Origin: Takakia lepidozioides
Lineage: Eukaryota; Plantae; Bryophyta
Reading direction: 5' to 3'
Assembly (NCBI GenBank): GCA_030704615.1
Contig: CM060734.1
Location: forward strand, 44,578,001 to 44,642,000
DNA length: 64,000 nucleotides
A program made the position numbers and the translations under genes. The stretch's first letter is position 1. The number at the start of each line of letters is the position of its first letter. Positions 1-12,300 of this stretch are shown here, piece by piece. The notes beneath the pieces are model-generated. The model was not told the origin of the DNA and ran no database searches. It saw only the letters and a list, made by a program, of their open reading frames with translations.

Positions 1-3000
1 AGGAATCAGAACATGGCGCAGCATTTGGTCCAGAAAGTACACACACAATGACAAATGCAGCACCTGAGTGACAAAGTAAGCTGTGTTTACAAAGGCTACT
101 CCTAGCAAAGTGCAAGGAACTTGGACCAGCGGGCATAGAAATTCTATCTTCAGTGCAGCCTGCGAAGAGTTGCAACTGTAGTTTTCAACTCTTTCAGGAT
201 GAAGTTCCACATCACAACATCTGGATGCACCTAGTTGAGCCTAATTACAGGTATACTGCTGAATTGACCCCTCCACAGGATACTAGTGGAACAAGTTCTC
301 ACTACATCTGAGCCCACAAGTGCAGAGATATCTGGGGCATTGCAACTAATGACAAGATGTCTGAGTGTGTAGACAAGCACCCATTAATGTCCTCTGAAGA
401 AGCTTGGACAATCCAAAACTTCAATGTTGTAATAGGAGCAATTGTTCCCAGCCTCCCAACCAGCTAGGATGGAGCACCCTCTCTTATCTATCTCAATGGC
501 CTGGATCCAATAGCCACCATTGCCATTGGCAACAAACAAAGACAGGCTTCGCTTTGTCAAGCGCAAAGAATGAGATTTGCTCTATAAAAGTGCCATATCA
601 AGTGAGCTGCTGCCAAAGAAACAGCCAGGGCAGATTGTGACAGGACAAAAACATACATGACCCACAAGAAGTGAAACTGAACAGAATGGGAAGGCAAGAA
701 AGCAACAAGAAAGAAGCCGAGGACGACCAACGTTGCCCCTTTTGACCTCCAGAGAAACGCCGCGGTCTCTCTCTCAGAGTCCCAACCAGCAGGCCACTAG
801 AGGGTCTGAGAGTCAAAGGAGGGACGTCCATCAACCTGGCAGCCATAGTGCCCAGCTAGTCTTTGGAAGTGCTTGCCTTGTCAAATGAAGCTGGTCTCTT
901 GTCTCTTCCCCTGGTAACGCTGCATCCCCACAACCCACTCTCCTGAGTCCATAACAAATTTGCTTGATAAGGCAGGCAATTACAGCTCTTTGAGATGCAT
1001 AACTTTCCCCACAGAATTGGTAGACTGAATGTGATTTTATCTACAGGATGAGATCCAAAATTACAGCCAACACCTGTAGTGTAGTGTGAATATGTGGCCT
1101 TTTTATTTTTCTGCAGCTGTTTGATGGGGTTAAGTACTTAAGATTTTACAACATTTAAGTAGTTGGATGAATGACCGTGATGGATGAATTATGGCTCATT
1201 GGATGAAGACATCCATCTGCCAAACATCCATGTGCCCTAGATCGGCGGGATTTATGAGTTACGGCGTTTTTCATGTTTGCACACAAGCACGGGTATGACG
1301 AGCTGCTGACACTTTGTATTCTGGAGCAGACATCAGCCTACATGCCTTAGTTTTTGGTTGCGATTTACTTTCCTATTCTTTAGTCAATATTTGCTATGGC
1401 GGCTGAGTTAGTTTTCCAGACAGGGCTAGTTGATGTGGTCGACTATAGGAGCTGTAGGTGTAGTAATTGCACAGGCAAGTGGGGTTTGGGTTTTAAGGCA
1501 GTTTTTGTGAGATGGTGCCGGCTTGCTTTTTGGAGATGGTAGTGAGGTAGAGAAGGGGAGGTGGTGACGGTGACATGAAGGAGAGACTTGGGCTTTAAGC
1601 TCTAGACTCGATATTCTGTGTAGAGGAATGATTATACTCATGAAGAAGTAAAAATCGACTGTTTGGGTCACTGTTTGGTTTTTGTGTTTGGAATCACACT
1701 TGCATGATGCATTAGTTCCTGCATTTTTGCCATTAGGGAAGTCTGATTGCAGCTATGGTCAGTTTGAGCATGTAAAGGGTGTGGTTGCAATAGCTGGGAA
1801 ATCAGGGCATGTATGTAGTGCATAACTCAAACCACCTAGTGGGGAAACTTCATATTGCATAGATGGAATATTAGGGTGCATCTGTAAAAGGCAACATTGT
1901 TATTTGTTTCCAAAGATCAGTTGAACCCGCAGCTCGTGCGTAACGGACGAGTGTATTTGGATCTGACCCTTGGACTCGAGAAGTAAAAGATAAGAGAGAG
2001 TGAGAGAAAATGAGCTGATGCCAGGTAGGCTCGGGTAATTCGATCAGACATTTGATGGGGTGCCCTGAATATAAGAGGGTGACGACCTTTCACGGGCAAG
2101 GCCCATCTTTCAAAGGAACTGTGAAGGCTATGCTGGGTGTTTTGCAGCATGCGTGATCACATGCAAGGCAGTTGATTATCTGTGACGGATGTGTGTCCTA
2201 CCTATGTCTTCTCTTCCGCTGCGGCATGGGTGGGACGGAATGGTACTCTAGTGACTTGAAGTGAATGTCGTGGGGAAATGTTTTGCCCTTTTCTTTCACA
2301 CCACACTAGCTTTTCTGAGGCAACAAGTACAGTTCCAAACACAGGCAAGTTCAGAAACTCACTGAGCCTTCCACTGAAGATTGTGGGATGGCAGTCTCCC
2401 AGGTCAGGGAAGGAAGCTACTGAGTTTCACTACTTGCCACCGCTATCTTGGAAGTGTCATGTCTTCTAGGATACCTTACAGGTTCATAACAGTCGAGTGC
2501 ACATATTTGCCAGTTCCAAAGATCATTTTTGACGCCATTCAAATCAAGGATCTTCTCACCAGTATTAAGTTATAGCAACATTCTTTTGTGTACTTGGTAG
2601 AAGAATTTAAAGGCCTAGTATCCATTTAAGTGCAGAGTTCACATTCTTACTGTAACACGCTAGAACAGAGGGATGAGACCATCTCCAACGCAGGAGAAGT
2701 TCTTTGCAAGAGAACTCTGACAACAAATCCAAAGGAGAGAGAAAAGACTTTTCAGAGAACAGCACATAAGCGAACAAGGAAACTGAAAAACCTTGGCTGC
2801 AGCCTTGTTCTTAGAGAGTCAATTGCAGAGTTTTCAAGACATTTCAACCAGTTCTTGATTAGTAGCCAGTTGCTATGACTTCCAACTTCATTAGTTCCCA
2901 ACAGAGGGTGCAACCTAATGAGTTCTGTCAACTTCCCAGGAAAGTGACCGGAGAAATAACCCAGGAGTCCCCCGAGTCCCCCTATTCAACCAGGGTAAAG

Positions 3001-4158
3001 AAACGAAAGAAGGGCATAGTTGGTTAGTGTTATAATGCGTGATATCCAATAATATGTGCTCTGTCCCTTTCTCCCTAAATTGTTCTGGAGAATGGATTGC
3101 ATTATTTGGTGAAAGAGTGGTAGTAAAATAGTATCACATTTCACGAAATCACGCAATCCAATGCCAAATTGATGGAGCTTCGGAGAGTGGAAGAGGCATA
3201 TCAATGTGTGAGGGTATTCATTGGTCTACAGATTCCATGTTCTTACATGCTAAATCTGCTATGTCATTCCTGGCTCAGACATCAGCAAAAAGTGGCTTGT
3301 GCTGAATCTTGCGAGATTTTTAGTGAAAGGGAGAAGATGATCTAATTACTCATTAAATGTTACTTGTTGCAGCCTTGTGGTCATATAGTCTGCACCTTGT
3401 TCAGACAGTCCAGAAATGTTCAGGAGTTCCCAAGGTCCGCAGGAGCATACTGTAATGGTCATGTGGTGACTGAACTTCTGTGTGAGCATAGTGCTCAACT
3501 GGTGACATTGTTCAAACTGGATATGGCCTAGTAGGGGTTGTATACATATTTGCATGTTCCTGCTCCTGCAGCTCCCGGCAAGGCTCTGTCTGAATGCAAG
3601 TTGATTGTATTGTTGGAAGAAGTTTCTTGGTCTTTTAGCGACATACGATGTGGAAAGTATAAATGAGTCATGAAAAGGGTTTTTGAGAATTGGGGTGCAG
3701 CTTTTATCTGCGAATGTCCATGGAATGATGACACTTCATGGTATTTTTGAAATGTTTTTAAGATTCATTTTCTGCTCTGCCCAGTTAACTGGAAGTTTGA
3801 GCAATAATTCTGGAGTATCATCAAACTGCCCTTCAGAGCCATACAGAAGTCTGCAACTTAATGCTTTCGGGACCTTTGCATCTCCTTACTTTAAGCTCTT
3901 TAAGCCCAAATAGCTTGTGGGACAAACAAACTTTTAAGAACAGATGCAGACGAAAGCATTTGTCACAGGAAGAATGATACTGTTGGACAATAAACACATG
4001 ATTCCATCTAAATTGGCTATGATATCTGCTTGAGGACATAGTCTCTCAATAGCTAAACATCCTTAACATAGAAATTGTCGGCCCGGTTTGATGGTCAGGC
4101 CCTGCAATATATCTCACACACAATCCTGTTACAGGGAGTCTAAAGCCATATCAAGGGC

Positions 4159-7100
4159 TCATTCACAACATGCTAAAATGCATGGGCTTATCATCACCGA
4201 CCTGAAATTGAATGTATTCGAATATTTGGTTCTGCTAATGATGCCGTCTCCTGTGTGGTGATTCTTTTGCTCGGCGCAATACTCATCTTTCCTATTCAAA
4301 TCATGCCTCCTATCACTCCCTCTACTCGAGTCCTGTCTATTTCCTTCGCTCCTTGCCACACTGTGTATCTCACCACATTTCACATCTTCCTCATCAGAAT
4401 TTGGTGGCCGTCGCTGTTGCTGTTTCCTTGCACCCAGAACATCCCCATTTTCTGTTGCTAGAGAAGGGAAACGTCCAGAACAATTATCGGAAGGGCCATG
4501 GCCTCTATGGACCTCTGTATTCAGCTCTCGTTCTCTACCTTCTTTTCTGTTTGTGACCTTGTGGCTTCTTACATCCTCATCCTCCAAATCAGAATCATGT
4601 TGCCGCTTCGACTTTTTAGTTTTCGGAATTTCTTTTTTTCCAGAATCTCCCAACTCCTTACTACAAGGGTCCTGTCCCCTTTCCCCACCACCAGTATGCT
4701 CCTTCCAGTCAATTCCATCCCTCTTCCTATTCACTCTCTCACCAAACCTCAAATCATCATCATCACTATCAGACTTGTGGCTCCGGTTTTGTTTCTTGCT
4801 GACCGGAACAGGCTTCCTCCTTCCAGTTTGCCGAGAACCATCCAGCTGGTTGTCACTTGGGCTACAGTCCAAGTCTCTGCTTTTTGATTGAATGGTCTCC
4901 CTCTCCCTTTCCCCCCTGCATATTCCACCAACTTTTGTTCCTCTCCCTTCTACATCTGAAGGGGCTTTGCTGTGGTCCAGTTTTACTGGTTCCTCATCAC
5001 TGCTGTCACTATCATGCCGCCTTTTTTCCTTATGATCTTTTCTCCTGTGCCGGGCCCTTGAAATAGGATATCGACTCTCTTCACGTCTTGCCTGGGAATG
5101 AAATGTTCCCAGCTAAATGTCAACCAAACGATGTTGTACAAAACCTATTGAAATGAGACCTGAGGGCACATTTTATCATCTTCTTCTACCCACAGTTCAG
5201 CTGCTCATTGCCACATTACTGAAGGGGGTTGACAAATCCACAAGTACAGGTGCAGTAAATGTCTCTTGGCAATACATCAGGAAGTTCTAGCTGTCAATGT
5301 GCCCAAATGGCAAACAAGGTTTTACTCTGGGTCTAACCGTTAAGAATCTGGTGTTGAGGGATGATTTGTAAATTTAGAAAGAAAGAAGCAGAAAATATCC
5401 ACACGGGGTCTGTGGGCGTGTCCCAAGGGTGTATTGGATGAGGGGGAAGCAAAGGAACAAAGAGAAAATTTGTTTATGTCCACGGGAGGCCCAGAGGCCC
5501 ATGGGACACAGTGTAAGAGAATGTACTCATAAGACGTTTGCTAGCCTTGTGCACAATGTATGAGAGAGAAAAAAGAAAGCTATGCTTTATGAGAAAGGGA
5601 GAGAAGAGATGTTAAGATCTAACCTGCTTTATGGCCCCTTTCTCCTCCTTTCTCTCCTCTTTTTTGGCTCTCTTCTCTCCCTTTTTCTTGTGTTTCCCAC
5701 CATCCTCTTCAGAGACCGGAGGTGAAACTACTTGTTTTGAAGCGCTTGGGTTTTCTGCCTCTTTCTGCTTCTCCGAATGGCCAACCACCCTTAATAGAGG
5801 GCTCTCCACAGGCCCTCCTTCAGATTGCAAGAGCTCCTTCTTTTCAGGTTTTTCGTGTGCTGGTGCCCTGCCATTCAGAAGACAAAGTTCATCACAACAT
5901 AGTCATCTTGAAAAGAACAACTTGACTTGAAAGGAAACTCAGTCAGCGGTAGCGACATAATTGACCACCATCTTGATGTTGACAAAAACAAGAACCTGGA
6001 AAACATTCACTGCCGGCGTCAAGGAATTCTCCTGATGCCTACTGCCAGGAGTTGTTTCTTTTGATTTATATATCCTTCAGCTGGACATCCCTTTTATCAA
6101 ATCAGGTAAAAACATTGTGTTAAGAACCATAAATGTGCCTTTCGTACATTGAACTTCAGTGAGTACGGATAACGACATCAACAGTCTGGTTACAGCTCTA
6201 GTGTTGAGAACTTTCGCAAAGACTCTTTTCCCTTTATTTTGCTAGTATGTCCATTCTCTGAATCAACCTGACTTCCAACGTTTGGAAGCTGGTCTTTCTC
6301 TCTCCCTTTCTCTCTGTTTGGTGCTGCTCAAACTGGGCGCGGGGTCAATGGCCACAAGGCTATGGCAAACAACCTCTTATGAGTACATTCTCTGTTTGGT
6401 GCCTCTCTGGGGGCCAAAGGTCATCTTCTGCATTTCCATTGCTGGTGATTCCTTTTGAACTGATCTCATATGTAGTCAACGTAAATCTATGACGTTTGCT
6501 GGACATAATCTGACAAATAATCAAGATGATGGTTCACATTGACTACATCTGAGTCCAGTTCAAAAAGAATCACCAGCAAGGGAATGCAGAAGGTGTCTTC
6601 GTCTGCCCACAATGCAACCCAACAGAGAGAAGGGGGGCGAAAGACCAGCTCAAGGTTATCCACAAAATTAGGTGGTACACAACAGATGCCAAGGACGTAC
6701 GGAGCATAGCCAAGACCCTGTACACGCTCGCCTTCAGCATAAGTAGGGTCCACCTCCTCCCCAGCTTTGCCCCGTTTGAAAAGCTCTTCTTGTTCGCGCC
6801 TATCCAGGCGGCTGCCCTGTAGGCGTTTGTCACGCTTGGGAGCCAATCCGAGCAGCTCCTGCATGCATAGACAAGTTGAAACTGTCATTTCTCTCTCTAT
6901 GCTAGTTGCTATCAAAGGCCTTACAGCTGGGTTTCATGCTCTACTGCTGGTAACCCCCTGACAGTAGGTCATTGTGTCCTATTAGGACTAGGCCCTCAAG
7001 GGTGCATCATAGCCAAAGTTCACAGGAGATGGGCAATTATCTTCAAATGTCTCCTGGAGACATTTGGAGTCTTTAGAGCGGTTTTCTTGTAGTTCACTTT

Positions 7101-8912
7101 GTCCTATTGCCCTTGGGACCACCTGTCTAAGATATAAATAAATTTTCTTTTATTCTTTCTAGGGTTTCACCAAGTCACTGTCTATGGAGCCGATGGCATT
7201 TCAAAGAAGACCGATGATTCCCTTGCACACAACTCTCCGTAATCTACCTGTCCCTGCATCCCACTCATTCTTGGACAAGAGGTACAAGAGCAAGTTGATG
7301 TGCAGATATCCACTGTAATAGCACCAGACCAGAAACTAAAGGATCTTGCAAAAGTCAGGCAGCCTTTGGTAAAGTCTCCAGAGCTTGTCAGACAGTATCC
7401 ACTCACAAGTCAAGGAGAGCAGCTTGTCAGCAACAGGACCTTTTGCATGTGGCCATGCAGTGTTTAAGACACTGCACCCCAACCCTGCTTGTTGGGTTGC
7501 AGCAAAGCTACGTGACCAAAGCATTGCAACTGCACAGAGTAACAGTAGCTACATCCTACTGTAAAACTCAAAATACAGCGAAAAAGTGTACCATCATTGC
7601 CGCCTCCTCTTCATGCTTGATGCGCTCTATCTCAGTGCGGGCTGCATCTGCTGCCTGGGCAGCAGTTTGTTTGTTATCCCGAGCATACCACAACAGATCC
7701 TTTCCTGTGGAAGCAGGTGAAAAAACTCATTGAAGCAACAGTTAAAGCTCGACCATTTGACTAAACAACTTGCAACTCAACAATTTGTATTTAGGTACTC
7801 CTTACAGCAACTCCCATTTATCAACTTACTTGCTTGCAATATGGCTCAGTAGATCAACCTTACAAAAAAGCTCCATGACCATTCCTTGTGAATGCCACCG
7901 TGGCCATGTATCTACAGCAGGCAAAGTCTGATGAATTAACCTCTCTCTGGAGAATGGCACCTATATTTCCTACGAGGACGGGTTAAGAGCCCATGACCAA
8001 TTCAGGAGGCCATCATACCGATGCCCATGACGGGCATCATGCCTAACATTCACTGATAGTTGTGTTTGAGTGCATTTTCTTTGGTTTATGGACGCACCTT
8101 TCTGCCATCGGCCAACAGGGGCCTTGACACTATGTCCCAGATAATTTTCACGGTGCTTGTCTGCCTTCACATCATCCCAATTGAATTCTGCAAAGTGCTC
8201 CCAGAATTGCCATCAGCCCTGTCAGCCTGACACTATACGTCTCTCCCCTTATCAGATTACACACACATTCATGGAAAGCAAGTTTTAGCATAAAAACCCT
8301 AAAACTTATGTTGGCAGCACCATAACGTTTCCACAAAGCTATCCACACGTATTACCATAAAGATGAGGATACCACGAAGCTGACAGAGCTTATCAAATGA
8401 CTTACAACCACATGGAAACATGTAGATGCATCCCGTCTAATCCAATAAAAACCCTAATCCAATTTGATGTTGAAAGATACAGCGAACATGATGAATGTGA
8501 CAAAGGGCCCCAAAACACTTGTTCTGGACACTATCTTTCAGCGGCCAATCTCGCTACATCTGCTCCAGTTCGCTTGCTTGAAGTCCAATCAAAGAGCCCG
8601 ATCAAGCTAACCACACTACTTGTTTCCTGGTATAGAGAGACAGAGAGAGAGAGTTGTGTACACATATGTTTGACACTACTGGATTTCGATACATCCACGA
8701 GCCGTGCGCCCACAGCCATGAGAGGCTACAGGAGTACACAATTACTTGGACAGATAGAGAAGCCATGGCTCCACACTCCAATCCGAAAATCTGAGCCTTA
8801 ATTGATCCCAAACACGATGAAACCAGGAACATGATATAGAGACGAACACAAGGGGAAGAGATCACTTACGGTCACGACCGCCTCTGACACCTCCGCGCGA
8901 TGGATGATACAT
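4159..8912 (-). CDS. MMTAG2: MMtag-domain (multiple myeloma tumor-associated protein 2 / C1orf35-like) protein with long R/D/S/E-rich low-complexity tail, ~526 aa
   Basis: Spliced N-terminus [54 protein letters not shown] is the MMtag signature. Phase-consistent GT-AG exons: 8870-8912, 8098-8187, 7592-7704, 6701-6858, 5624-5867, 4159-5091. The 3' end is less certain (possible extra donor near 4202). Confidence 0.85.
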
Positions 8913-9347
8913 TGCAACCTCCCTCTCCCTCTATATGCAAAACTCGGGGCCCTCTTCTCCCACCGGTGACCTCAAAGGAGAGCCCAAGGAGGTCTTGTCA
9001 TCTTGTTTAGAATCTGGACGAGTCACAAATTAATGGATGAACCCACCACAGTAACCCAGTTCGAAAGTGAGTTTTAGGTGTCTGGGCCCGCATGTGAGAG
9101 TTTGTCAACGAAAGTCAAAGGTGGTTAGATTCAACTTCTGAATTGCTACAGGTGGCTGGGTCGGAGTCATGGATTGCATTGGATGGGAAGAAAATTGGTG
9201 GGCTATTTCTGAAATGCGGATAGGTCATCAAATCACGCAGCAGTAACAAGGGTTTAGCCCGACGTGGGTGTTGAGGGAGAATTGCTTATGAACCAACGCT
9301 TTGCACCTCAGCTTGTTTTCTTTGTATCTCTCCCTCGATCTGCTGCG
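8913..9347. promoter_or_regulatory. Putative bidirectional promoter between MMtag gene and PDI gene
   Basis: 435 bp between divergent ATGs. Site II-like motifs AGCCCA 8981-8986, TGGGCC 9083-9088, TGGGCT 9199-9204. Telo-boxes AAACCCTAA at 8294-8302 and 8449-8457 in the first MMtag intron. Confidence 0.5.
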
Positions 9348-12300
9348 ATGGCAACCTTCAGGCGTATTAATGTGTTTTTGATCTTGGCTGCATTGATCTG
9401 TGTTGTGGGTTTGGCAAATGTGAGGCAAGGGAATGCGGAGCGTGAGGTGTTGGATCTGCATGAGCATGAGTTGACAGAGGAAGAACTGGAAGATGTGAAT
9501 GGGGAAGACTTGGGGGACGGGTCTGATCTGAAAGGCCTCGATACTGACGATTTCGAGGATTTGTATGAGGGAGCATATGATCATGGCGGATTCGGAGAGG
9601 AAGTGGACGAGAAAGATGTTATAGTGCTTGGATCGAATAACTTCACAGAATTTGTCAAGGCCAATCCCCATGTGTTCGTTGAGTTCTACGCGCCCTGGTG
9701 CGGTCACTGCCAGGCTTTGATACCAGAGTGGGCCGGGGCAGCCACAATACTCAAGGAGGAGGTCCCTCTTGCCAAGGTCGATGCCACTGTGCACGGCGAG
9801 CTAGCAGCCAAGTATGGAGTGGAGGGCTACCCTACTCTTCTCTTCTTCACTGACGGCGAGGCCAAGCCCTTCACAGGCCATCGAGTCACGTGAGTCACAT
9901 TCCTTAGAAACCTCGTCTGTAGTCTCGTCACATTTTTTCGAAAACTGTTGTACTGATCCGATGAGAATGGTAGTAATCGTGGCTTTCCATTGTAGTCTCA
10001 AAGTTGGGCTCATGTGAGATGTTTTATAGAGTTTGTTGTGGGAGGGAATTTATTGCTGGGGAAAAGAGAGAGGAGGGAGGGGAATCTTAGTCTGCAGAAA
10101 GTTCTATGGTTACAGCTTTTGAGCTGCTGGGTTGTCTCAGTTTCACATCTGGAGTCGGGGCATTGGCTTATGTATCCAAGTTTTTCTGTGTTTGTATCGA
10201 TATTCACCGATTCAGTGTGGTTTTAGCATTTGCTCACATCATGGACTGAAAAAAAAGTGTTGTTTGCTACTAGTTCTGTAGGCTGTAGGTTACAGTCATG
10301 AATTCATGTGAGCAGAGAAACATTGTAGTGGCTGCTTCGTAGTGGTTGTGGTCCTGTAGTAGGCTTTAGGAGGGTGCATTATATGTGGGCTATTGCCACT
10401 CTCTGTACATTTCTTACTTAAGGTTCAGAGTCATGTGATTTCCTGCACATTGTTGATGCAACAACTTCATTTTGGGGATAATTGCAGTGGGCTGGTTGTG
10501 GTACATAGACAAAGATAAATTCTGCATGATGCTTTTGGCTATTGAGAGATCTGGAACTAGGCTAAACAGCTTACTCTGTCCTACCAAGCACATCTACAGA
10601 AATTCAGGCAAATGTCTGGAGACAAAAAATGAAGTCGTGTTGCAGTGGGTGAGTCCAAGGGTTACCAGTGGTAGAATTTCCTTCCAGAAAGAATCACGTA
10701 ATCACCCACCCATTGGACTGTTGTGGAGAAGACTCCAACCACCACCTATTCACATAGCAATAGGATTGAAAGTCACGGAGACTGAGAGACAAAAAAGTTG
10801 GGTACATATAGGGGTCGTGTTCTGGCCCCATTGGAGGGCATCAGAAGCGATGAAGAGATTAGCATTTTTCGAGAAAGAATCACGTAGTCACCACCCATTG
10901 GACCATTGTGGAGAAGACTCCAACTGCCACATATTGACATAGCAATAGGATTGAAAGTCACAAAGACTGAGAGGCAAAAAAGTTGGGTACATATAGGGGT
11001 CATGTTTTGGCCCCATTGCAGGGCATCGGAAGGACTTCCTTCTATTGGCATCCGATGTACAAGTTGGATTGGGAACCTGCATATGGGCCATCAATAGTAG
11101 GTTTAGTTGTACTCAAATGATTTGTCTGGTGCTTGGAGAGTATTAGATCCTCCCTCGGATCGTGTTCTTACGCTTGACCACCAATTTGAAATATGTATGT
11201 CACCAAATGAAAGATGGACTTCAAATACTGATATGTCCTAAGATCTTGAGGATTCTAATGGGGTACCAATTTTGAGTTTCATTTGGGGATCTTTTGGAAT
11301 TTACAGGGAAGATATTGTGAAGTGGGTAAAGAAGAAAATTGGACCGGCAGTTGAGATTATAACCTCAAAGGCTGATGCAGAAGTTTTGCTGGAGACTGAC
11401 GCCCCCATTGCAATCGCCTACCTTGAGAAGTTGGAGGTAAAGAAGTGTTATGATCAGCTCATGTCCCTTCTGAGATCCTATTAGCAGCTCAGTGCTTTGT
11501 GCTATGGCTTTGGGTGGGTGATGATTTCTCTGCATCTCTTAGTAGCCTTTTGAGATTCAGGATTGACCCACTCAATCAGAACACTTTCTTCTTTGGCTTT
11601 TTGGTGACAGAGTCGTGAAGCAGAAGAATTCATTGCGGCAGCAAGGCAGGAAGATACCGTTATTTTCTATATGACTAGCAGTGCCGACGTTGCTCATGTC
11701 TTTGGCCTTGACAAGGAGAAGCGGCCTGCCTTTGTGTTACTGAAGAAGGACAATGAGAAGGTCTCACTGTTTGGTAAGATGTGTCTTTTATATCATGGTC
11801 TCGAGTTGTTTGAAGCATATGCATTCTGACTTTGTTTGAGATTTTATTGCTTGTATTGTAGCAAGTCAAGTAGTGCCTCTTGTTGGTAAACATCAGAGAG
11901 CCAAATGCACATCATTACAATACCATTGTTGTTGAAGGATTATTTGTATTGTTGTTTGTATGTTTGAAGATGGGACGTTTGAGAGAAGGGCTCTCTCTGA
12001 CTTTGTGTTTGAGAACAAGCTGCCCCTGGTGATAACATTCAGCCGAGAGACAGCCTCCATAATCTTCGAGAGTGATGTCAGCAGACAAGTAAGATTTGGA
12101 TGAATCTGTCGTCTCCTTCCAATATCATGTGGGCACGCTCATATGAGGGTGTGGGAGTTGTTACTTCTGCCCTCTCATCTTCTCTTTACTCATTTAGTTT
12201 GTTGCATCAGTTGTGATAGGCATACTGGAGGTCGCAAAATGACTTGTGTCAGCATGACTGTTGTATATTTGTAGAGACAGGCAGACAACCTCTTTTCTTG

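Noticed and set aside
8294-8457. AAACCCTAA as interstitial telomere or telomerase template
   Set aside because: Isolated single units near a TSS; better explained as telo-boxes.
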